Assembly (NCBI GenBank): GCA_964411555.1
Contig: CAYPLF010000005.1
Location: 8,013-72,012, forward strand
Source of the DNA: an uncultured Bacteroidales bacterium
GTDB lineage: Bacteria > Bacteroidota > Bacteroidia > Bacteroidales > UBA1402
Direction: 5' to 3'
Length of the DNA stretch: 64,000 nt
Below are positions 39,948-48,470 of the stretch, one piece after another. Each line of letters opens with the position of its first letter. Within the stretch, counting starts at the first letter, position 1. The notes under the pieces were generated by a model that did not search any database, was not told the DNA's origin, and saw only the letters and a list, made by a program, of their open reading frames with translations. The position numbers and the translations under genes were made by a program.

Positions 39948-40681
39948 TATCAACCGATCAGATTCTTAATAGCCAGTTACTTTCATCAGAAGTAATTGAC
40001 GATTCTCCTGCCCCAAATTTCTTTGACATTCCTCTTTTTGATGGTCCAAGTCTAACACAACTGCTGATTCGTTTTGGTTTCAACCTGTTGATTTGCTGGA
40101 TTATCATTCAATTCTTCTATTACAAAAAGAGTGGACGGAGGGATTATTATTTCACCTTCCTGTTGTTCAGTGTCACCATTTTCCTACTGATTTTCTTATT
40201 GGACAACGTGAAATTACAAATGGGTTTTGCCTTGGGCTTGTTTGCCATTTTCGGCATGATTCGCTATCGGACCGAAACCGTGCCCATCCGGGAAATGACC
40301 TACCTGTTTGAAATCATCGGCATCTCGGTCATCAATGGCCTGGCCATGACGGTAAGTTATACGGAAATTGCGGTGACAAACGTGTTGTTCTTGTTGGTTA
40401 CCTGGATACTGGAGAACAACAAGATACTCAAACACACGGCCTCAAAGATTATCCTGTACGATAAGATTCAGAATGTAGTTCCCGAACGTGAGAAGGAATT
40501 GATTGAAGATTTAAAGGCACGTACAGGTCTCAATATTCTCAGGGTAGAAGTAGGAAACATTGACTTCCTTCGTGATATAGCTTATATAAAGGTTTTTTAT
40601 AAGCCTCTTGGTGAGGAGCTTACAGCTAACGCTACATCCAAGCAACTCAAACCGGAAGATTTTAAACCGGAAAACTTCTGA
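39944..40681 (+). CDS. DUF4956 domain inner membrane protein
   Basis: About 5 TM segments, GFALGLFAIFGMIRYRT, REMTYLF, C-terminal soluble domain with LKARTG; start overlaps VTC stop (ATGA). Confidence 0.9.
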   Translation: MISTDQILNSQLLSSEVIDDSPAPNFFDIPLFDGPSLTQLLIRFGFNLLICWIIIQFFYYKKSGRRDYYFTFLLFSVTIFLLIFLLDNVKLQMGFALGLFAIFGMIRYRTETVPIREMTYLFEIIGISVINGLAMTVSYTEIAVTNVLFLLVTWILENNKILKHTASKIILYDKIQNVVPEREKELIEDLKARTGLNILRVEVGNIDFLRDIAYIKVFYKPLGEELTANATSKQLKPEDFKPENF

Positions 40682-40727
40682 TTTTTACACTTTTTGAGCG
40701 AATAAACCATTGGTTGTGTTATTTTTG

Positions 40728-40761
40728 TGTACCACCTGAATATAAGGTGGTACATTTTTTT
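40728..40761 (+). terminator. Intrinsic terminator-like hairpin between DUF4956 and pepD
   Basis: Perfect 10-bp stem TGTACCACCT/AGGTGGTACA, 7-nt loop, T7. Confidence 0.7.
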
Positions 40762-40779
40762 CACAAAAAAACCGGAACA

Positions 40780-42234
40780 ATGGAACAACTGATTCGTCAA
40801 CTACAGCCCACTGCTTTGTGGAACTATTTTTATGAGCTGACTCAAATCCCCAGACCTTCAGGTTTCATGGGCCCTATTCAGGAATTCATGTTGAATTTTG
40901 GTAAAGCCATGGGATTGCATACCATCAAAGATAAAGCAGGTAATATCATAATTACCAAACCGGCCACCAGGGGTATGGAAAATAAAACGCCCGTAGTACT
41001 GCAATCACACTTGGATATGGTGCCACAAAAAAATAGCCATGTGGTACATGATTTTACAAAAGACCCGATAAAGCCTAGATACGTGGACGGCTGGGTGTAT
41101 GCTACCGATACCACGCTAGGTGCCGATAATGGCATTGGTGTGGCAGCCATCATGGCTGTATTGGCTTCCGATACCCTGAATCATGGTCCGATTGAAGCAT
41201 TGTTCACCATTGATGAAGAAACCGGTATGGACGGTGCGTTCGCATTGAACAGACAGTCATTTGTGGGACGAACCATGATCAATCTTGATTCTGAAGACGA
41301 AGGAGAATTGTTTGTGGGATGCGCCGGTGGTGTAAATGTTAATGCTTCATTTGCTTATAATCAGCTTGTTTCAGTACCCGGAAACCACGTGCCGTATTCC
41401 ATTGCCCTGACAGGATTAAAAGGGGGCCATTCAGGTGTAGATATTCACCTGGGTAGAGCCAATGCCAACAAACTGTTGTTTCATTTACTAAAAGACCTGG
41501 TAGGGAAATGTGGGGCCAGATTGGCTTCTTATAAGGGCGGAACGCTGCGCAATGCAATTCCAAGGGAGGCATTTGCCGTGATTACGATACCTGAATCTGA
41601 GAAAGAGGTGCTAGTTCAGCATGTGAAACAATACGAAGCAACCATTCAAGAATTGTTCAAGGGCATAGAAGAGACAGTTACCATAAACGTATCACCCGGT
41701 GGCATGCCCATAGGATTATTGCCCGAGGAAGTACAGGACGATGTGATCAATGCCATGGTAGCTGTACACAATGGTGTGTTGCGATACATACCCGAACTTC
41801 CGGAAACCGTAGAAACTTCCTCAAATTTGTCCATTGTGGAAACAATGGAAGGCGAAGTACTGTGTCAATTCCTGGCACGCAGCGCCTCTTCCTTCATGAT
41901 GGATCAGCTGGTTTCAACCATTCAAAGTACCTGTTCGCTGGCAGGGGCCAAGGTAAACACCTCGGGTAAGTATCCGGGTTGGATGCCCAACCTGCAATCA
42001 CACCTGATGGATGTAAGCGTGGAGTCGTATGAACGCCTGTTTGGTGTCAAACCTGCCGTCAATGTCATTCACGCCGGTCTGGAATGTGGCATCATCCAAG
42101 ATGGGGTGGGGAAAATGGAAATGATATCCTTTGGCCCCACCATATGCTTCCCCCACTCTCCCGATGAAAAGGTGGAAGTGGCCAGCGTAGAACGTTTCTG
42201 GACGTACCTCACCAACGTGTTGGGCTCAATCTAA
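40780..42234 (+). CDS. pepD: Aminoacyl-histidine dipeptidase (peptidase M20C)
   Basis: QIPRPSG, LQSHLDMV, TTLGADNGIG, FTIDEETGM, NLDSE, GGHSG, IHAGLECG, HSPDE; start reassigned to ATG 40780. Confidence 0.93.
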   Translation: MEQLIRQLQPTALWNYFYELTQIPRPSGFMGPIQEFMLNFGKAMGLHTIKDKAGNIIITKPATRGMENKTPVVLQSHLDMVPQKNSHVVHDFTKDPIKPRYVDGWVYATDTTLGADNGIGVAAIMAVLASDTLNHGPIEALFTIDEETGMDGAFALNRQSFVGRTMINLDSEDEGELFVGCAGGVNVNASFAYNQLVSVPGNHVPYSIALTGLKGGHSGVDIHLGRANANKLLFHLLKDLVGKCGARLASYKGGTLRNAIPREAFAVITIPESEKEVLVQHVKQYEATIQELFKGIEETVTINVSPGGMPIGLLPEEVQDDVINAMVAVHNGVLRYIPELPETVETSSNLSIVETMEGEVLCQFLARSASSFMMDQLVSTIQSTCSLAGAKVNTSGKYPGWMPNLQSHLMDVSVESYERLFGVKPAVNVIHAGLECGIIQDGVGKMEMISFGPTICFPHSPDEKVEVASVERFWTYLTNVLGSI

Positions 42235-42278
42235 GCCCAACACTACAAGGCAATCCCAGTACTTCTCAGGACATTCGG

Positions 42279-42800
42279 TTATTTCGGCAATTTCTTACCG
42301 CCGTTCTCGAGCAAGAAGTTCACGTTCTTGACAACAGCGTTTGCCGTGAATGTGGCACCAGTGTATCCGTCAACCTTGTCTTTTTTGGCTTCTTTTATCT
42401 TTTTATCTGACCAGTTCTTGAAGAAGCCGCTGGCATTCAGGCGTTGGACAAAATTGGGCGATTCGTAGTTGGACAACAAGGCTACCTTTTTGATGACAAA
42501 CTTCTTATCCGTAACGATCATGACCGGAGTGGCATTGGCATAACCTTTCACGTCCTTGCAGTATTCGGAACTGTTCATGGCATAACCCAGGGTTTTGCCT
42601 TTGGCATTGACAATCTTGAACCAATAGTCGTTGGCTTTTTTCAAATCTGTTCCCTCCGGGAATATTTCCTGAAACACGGATTGCGTCGAGACTTCCACAA
42701 GTACAGCCGGTCTTCCCTGGCGGCGTTGTTGCTGTTGTTGCCCAAAGGTTGAAAGACTGGTCAAAAGGATGAGGCAGGCGAAAAAGGTGTTTTTGCTCAT
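42279..42800 (-). CDS. Stand-alone extracytoplasmic FMN-binding domain protein
   Basis: Signal peptide; VKGYANATP, NYESP, VDGYTGATFT covalent FMN attachment motif. Confidence 0.85.
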   Translation of the reverse strand: MSKNTFFACLILLTSLSTFGQQQQQRRQGRPAVLVEVSTQSVFQEIFPEGTDLKKANDYWFKIVNAKGKTLGYAMNSSEYCKDVKGYANATPVMIVTDKKFVIKKVALLSNYESPNFVQRLNASGFFKNWSDKKIKEAKKDKVDGYTGATFTANAVVKNVNFLLENGGKKLPK

Positions 42801-42823
42801 AAAAATTGTAAGTAGTTAGTAAT

Positions 42824-42868
42824 AAATGAGGCCATATTTGTCTATTTGACAGAAATATGGCCTCGTTT
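42824..42868 (-). terminator. Terminator-like hairpin after eno
   Basis: GAGGCCATATTT(42828-39)/AAATATGGCCTC(42853-64) 12-bp stem. Confidence 0.7.
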
Positions 42869-42888
42869 GTTTAATGGGTTATCGGTAT

Positions 42889-44169
<1,281 letters not shown>

Positions 44170-44210
44170 TTAATCGTTTTGTTAACAGGCAACAAGTTAG
44201 TGATTTTTTC

Positions 44211-44756
44211 TCACATTTTCAACTGCTTGGCCAACTCTTCTGCCCGCTCTTCTCCCCTGAATTGTTGTACAATGATAAGGGCAAATTTGATGGCGGCTCC
44301 AGGGCCGTTTCCGGTCAATACGTCACCGTCCTGGACCACTGGTTTTTTGGAGAGCCTGGCTCCGGTCAGCAATTGTTCGTGTCCGGGGTAACACGTTGCT
44401 TCTTTGCCGTTCAGTAAGCCAAGTTGACCTAAAATCAACGGGGCTGCACAGATGGCAGCGATGGGTTTGTTAGCTAACGCATGTTCCTTGAGGGCTTTTT
44501 TTAGTCCCTCATGGACGTTCAGGTTGTTCGTGCCCGGCATTCCTCCCGGTAGAATCAGCATGGCAGCTTCTTCCAGATTGACATCAGGGTACAGTGCGTC
44601 CGCCTGGACGGTTATGCCATGTGATCCGGTAACGGCTGTATCACCGGATAATGAAACGCTTGTTATGTCTAACTGAGCCCGTCTGAGCACATCAATGATG
44701 CTGATGGCTTCAATTTCTTCAAATCCGGGCGCCAAAAAAATGAAAAGGGGTTTCAT
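44211..44756 (-). CDS. DJ-1/PfpI (ThiJ/YajL-like) family protein
   Basis: GFEEIEA, ILPGGMPG, IAAICAAP (nucleophilic Cys), TGNGPG. Confidence 0.93.
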   Translation of the reverse strand: MKPLFIFLAPGFEEIEAISIIDVLRRAQLDITSVSLSGDTAVTGSHGITVQADALYPDVNLEEAAMLILPGGMPGTNNLNVHEGLKKALKEHALANKPIAAICAAPLILGQLGLLNGKEATCYPGHEQLLTGARLSKKPVVQDGDVLTGNGPGAAIKFALIIVQQFRGEERAEELAKQLKM

Positions 44757-44767
44757 AGGCGTGTGTA

Positions 44768-45517
44768 TTAGCGTAGTCTGAATCGATACGTTATGGTGCC
44801 ACTTTGGTTTTGTGAGCCGGTAATGTCGTTGAATCGTGCATTTTTTGCTGCACTCAAGGCAGCAGAACGAAGGGTAGGACTTTCGGTTGTGGTACCTTGC
44901 AGGTTGACCGAAGCAGAGACCACCGATCCTTTGGGGTTCACCACAATCCTGACCACCACAATGCCTTCTTCTTGAATGGCGTACGAAGGCCTGGGAAGCG
45001 CACCCGTTACACTGCGTCCGTCAAGTGAAAAATTCCCGTAGCCTTGTCCGCCCCCCTTGGTGTTGTCGGAGTTTGGGTCTCCGTTCGGATTTCCCTGGTT
45101 TCCCGTTCCCGTAGAGGCTGTTCCCTGGCTGCTCGACTCCGTGGATGAACGGGCAAAAACGTTGGCTGTTTGCTGTCGAATTTCTGAGGCTTTCCGTTCC
45201 TGTTCAGACTTGACCTTTTCAGCTTCTTGTTCTTTTTTTTTCTCCTCGAGGTTCACCGAGGCCTCCATATCCTGTGTGATCAACTCTTCCGACGAGCTTT
45301 CAGGTTCAGCTTCTGCAACTTGCTCCTGTTGCTGAGTACCCATGGGCTCAAACAAGCCCGAAGAAGCATCTACGGTTCCAAAGTTAACAAACAATCCCTC
45401 TTCCTGATTGTTCGGAATGGTGCGTTTCAAACCGAAAAAAAGAAGAAGAGCGGCAAGAATCAGGTAAATCCCGAAGGTAGCCGCCAAGGCAGTACGGTTA
45501 ACATTAGGGAGTGTCAT
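44768..45517 (-). CDS. TonB/TolA-like energy transducer
   Basis: N-terminal TM anchor, charged linker, C-terminal P.Y....EGIVVVRIVVNP.G.V...GTITYRF; co-operonic with exbD/exbB. Confidence 0.88.
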   Translation of the reverse strand: MTLPNVNRTALAATFGIYLILAALLLFFGLKRTIPNNQEEGLFVNFGTVDASSGLFEPMGTQQQEQVAEAEPESSSEELITQDMEASVNLEEKKKEQEAEKVKSEQERKASEIRQQTANVFARSSTESSSQGTASTGTGNQGNPNGDPNSDNTKGGGQGYGNFSLDGRSVTGALPRPSYAIQEEGIVVVRIVVNPKGSVVSASVNLQGTTTESPTLRSAALSAAKNARFNDITGSQNQSGTITYRFRLR

Positions 45518-45926
45518 TCTTTTGTGGGCGGGTGGCCAATACCAGCTTGAACTTGTTATTGTTGCAAATATTTAACACTTTGACCAATTCCTTGTAGGGA
45601 ATGGACTCGTCAGCGTAAAGTGCCACATACATATCAGGCTCTTCCAGGAACTTCGATTGCAAGAAGGGTTCAATGTCGTTGAAAGCCACCTTGTGTTCCT
45701 TCTCTTTTCCGAAAGCAACGTAGTAATTCAGGTTTTTATCTATGGTAACCCGTGTCAGTGGCTTTGCGGACGTTTGTTGCCTGCTTTCGGGCAATAGTAT
45801 TTTGATGGCGTTCGGGTTGACCACCGTTGAGGTAATCATGAAAAACAGCAGCAGCAGAAAAATGATGTCCGTCATGGACGACATGCTGAAACTGGCATCA
45901 ATCCGATTTCGTTGTTTTAAAGCCAT
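45504..45926 (-). CDS. exbD: ExbD/TolR biopolymer transport protein
   Basis: MSSMTDIIFLLLLFFMI (conserved Asp), LYADESIPY..LV.VL; start reassigned to ATG 45926. Confidence 0.9.
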   Translation of the reverse strand: MALKQRNRIDASFSMSSMTDIIFLLLLFFMITSTVVNPNAIKILLPESRQQTSAKPLTRVTIDKNLNYYVAFGKEKEHKVAFNDIEPFLQSKFLEEPDMYVALYADESIPYKELVKVLNICNNNKFKLVLATRPQKNDTP

Positions 45927-45930
45927 GAAT

Positions 45931-46638
45931 TTACTGATTTGCTGGTTCGTGCAAGAGGTCCATAAATTCCATGGTCTTAGATTCAAGCTTGTCCATTATG
46001 CGCTTGATTCTGGATACCAGGTAGTTATACGCAAAGTAGGCAGAAATGCCCACAATGAGTCCACCGACTGTGGTTACCATGGCCACATAGATTCCGGAAG
46101 AAAGTACGGTGATGTCCACATTGCTCCCTGCCGTTGACATGTCATAAAAAGCCTGGACCATACCCATTACCGTGCCCAGGAAGCCAATCATAGGAGCACC
46201 CCCTGCAGCTGACGCCAAAACGGGAAGTCCCTTTTCCAATTTAGCCACTTCAACGTTTCCCACATTTTCAATGGCAATCTGCACATCGCTCAAGGGGCGC
46301 CCGATTCGGGTGATGCCCTTTTCAATCATTCTGGATGAAGGGGATTGTGTCTTTTTGCACAACTTCATGGCAGAATCTATGTTTCCGGCTTGTAGGTAAT
46401 CCTTAATCCTTTCCATAAACGAGGGATCATCCTGGGAGGCCTTGTTGAGCACCAGCAGTCGTTCGATAAAAATATAGATGGCCAGAAACAGTAATAAGAA
46501 TAAGGGGATCATCAACCATCCTCCCTTCATGGCCATGTCAAAAAAACTCAGGGAAGGAGCCTGTGAGGCGGCATCTTGAGCGGAGGAAAGAACGGGAAGT
46601 GTTTCTCCTGCAGATTGAAGGAACAGGAATAGGTTCAT
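45931..46638 (-). CDS. exbB: ExbB (MotA/TolQ/ExbB) proton channel protein
   Basis: GGWLMIPL, AGGAPMIGFLGTVMGM, GIYVAMVTTVGGL. Confidence 0.92.
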   Translation of the reverse strand: MNLFLFLQSAGETLPVLSSAQDAASQAPSLSFFDMAMKGGWLMIPLFLLLFLAIYIFIERLLVLNKASQDDPSFMERIKDYLQAGNIDSAMKLCKKTQSPSSRMIEKGITRIGRPLSDVQIAIENVGNVEVAKLEKGLPVLASAAGGAPMIGFLGTVMGMVQAFYDMSTAGSNVDITVLSSGIYVAMVTTVGGLIVGISAYFAYNYLVSRIKRIMDKLESKTMEFMDLLHEPANQ

Positions 46639-46652
46639 GGTGTTTGAATTAG

Positions 46653-47366
46653 TTATATTAGGCAGTTCTTGTACGATTCTATGGTCTTTTTCAGCCCCAG
46701 GTAGAGCGCATCTGCAATCAGTGCGTGACCGATGGAAACCTCTTCTACCCAGGGGATGTTTTCGTGGAAGAACGAAAGATTTTCCAAGCTGAGATCATGC
46801 CCAGCATTGACACCCAGCCCCAGGCTTTTTGCCAGTTTTGCGGCTTCAATAAAGGGTTTGATGGCAGCATCCCTGTTTGTGGCATACCCCGAAGCGTAAG
46901 GTTCTGTGTATAGCTCAATTCGGTCGGCCCCAATCTTGGCTGCATTTTGAATGTCTTTGGGGTTGGTGCCCACAAAAATCGAACTTCTGATGCCATTGTT
47001 CCTTAATTCGTCGATAATCTCGGTCAGGAAAGTAAAATAGGTGGTCGTATCCCAGCCGGCGTTGGAAGTAATGGCTTCGTGCGTATCCGGCACCAACGTT
47101 ACCTGATTAGGTTTCACCTTGATAACCAACTCCATGAACCGTTTTTCCGGATTGCCTTCAATATTGAATTCGGTTGTGATGAGTGGTCTAAGCTGCAAGA
47201 CGTCATTGTATCGGATGTGCCGTTCATCAGGCCTGGGATGGACAGTGATACCCTCCGCACCAAATGCTTCGCAATCGATGGCTGTCTTCAGTACGTCAGG
47301 AACATTCCCACCTCGTGCATTGCGAAGAGTAGCAATTTTATTGATGTTTACGCTTAGTTTTGTCAT
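46653..47366 (-). CDS. pdxJ: Pyridoxine 5'-phosphate synthase
   Basis: [43 protein letters not shown]; start reassigned to ATG 47366. Confidence 0.97.
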   Translation of the reverse strand: MTKLSVNINKIATLRNARGGNVPDVLKTAIDCEAFGAEGITVHPRPDERHIRYNDVLQLRPLITTEFNIEGNPEKRFMELVIKVKPNQVTLVPDTHEAITSNAGWDTTTYFTFLTEIIDELRNNGIRSSIFVGTNPKDIQNAAKIGADRIELYTEPYASGYATNRDAAIKPFIEAAKLAKSLGLGVNAGHDLSLENLSFFHENIPWVEEVSIGHALIADALYLGLKKTIESYKNCLI

Positions 47367-47570
47367 ATCATGAATAATTCTCACTTTTGTATGTTTTCCA
47401 CCTGCAGAAAGGGAAAGTTGCGGTGGCGATGCAACCATGTCTTGCAAAGTTACATCTTTTTTTTTTGGTATGAGGGTGTCAGGTTTTGATCAATTCACGT
47501 TTGAGGTGTTAAATCGATTTAAAAAAAGAGCCGGCGAGACACGTTTTACCGTGCACGAACATATGCAGTT

Positions 47571-48461
47571 ATGAATAAATTGAAGGTTGCTATTTTCGGA
47601 AGCCGTTTTCAGTCAGAGAAGCGTTGCCATGTGGTCAGTTTGTTTGAAATTTTTCGCAAGGCCGGATGTTCCTTGATCATTTGCCGCGAGTTTTACAATT
47701 TTCTGACTACTGTGATGACGGATCCTCCCGTTGTGGATGGATTGATTGACGAAGACGATTTTTCGGCTGATTTTGTGGTAAGTGTTGGAGGAGACGGCAC
47801 TTACTTGCGCACGGCTCATCGAATCGGAAACAAGGGAATACCTATTTTAGGGGTCAATACGGGTCGGCTAGGATTCCTTGCCGATATTGAATGTGTCGAT
47901 TTGTCGTATTTTTTAGTCGAAATCAGCCGTGGAAACTATGTCATTGACGAGCAAAGGCTGGTTCAGTTGAGGGTGAACGGTGAGGTGTTCGACAAATATC
48001 CCTGTGCATTGAATGATATTGCAGTTCTTAAAGGGGAGAATTCATCGATGATCAACATCCATGCGTCAGTAAATGGAGAATACTTGAACGGTTACCAGGC
48101 CGATGGTTTGTTGATTGCCACTCCAACCGGTTCAACCGCCTATGCATTGAGTGTGGGAGGGCCCATCATCCTGCCTAATAGCCGCGATTTGTTGATTGCA
48201 GCCGTGGCACCTCACAACCTGGCCGTTCGCCCCATTGTAGTTGATGATTCATCCGTGATTGATTTGGAAATTGAAAGCCGAAGCCAAAACTTCCTGGTTT
48301 CTTTAGACGGTACTTCATTTCAATTACCCTGTTCGGCTCATTTGCAAATTTCTCTGGCCGATTATACCATCAGGGCCGTAAAGCCGTCGAATCATTCATT
48401 CCTGCAAACCTTGAGAAGGAAGCTGTTTTGGGGCATTGATCCCAGGCAAGATCCCAGGTAA
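47571..48461 (+). CDS. nadK: NAD kinase
   Basis: SVGGDGT, GVNTGRLGFL, ALND, DGLLIATPTGSTAYALS.GGP. Confidence 0.95.
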   Translation: MNKLKVAIFGSRFQSEKRCHVVSLFEIFRKAGCSLIICREFYNFLTTVMTDPPVVDGLIDEDDFSADFVVSVGGDGTYLRTAHRIGNKGIPILGVNTGRLGFLADIECVDLSYFLVEISRGNYVIDEQRLVQLRVNGEVFDKYPCALNDIAVLKGENSSMINIHASVNGEYLNGYQADGLLIATPTGSTAYALSVGGPIILPNSRDLLIAAVAPHNLAVRPIVVDDSSVIDLEIESRSQNFLVSLDGTSFQLPCSAHLQISLADYTIRAVKPSNHSFLQTLRRKLFWGIDPRQDPR

Positions 48462-48470
48462 AACAGGGGT

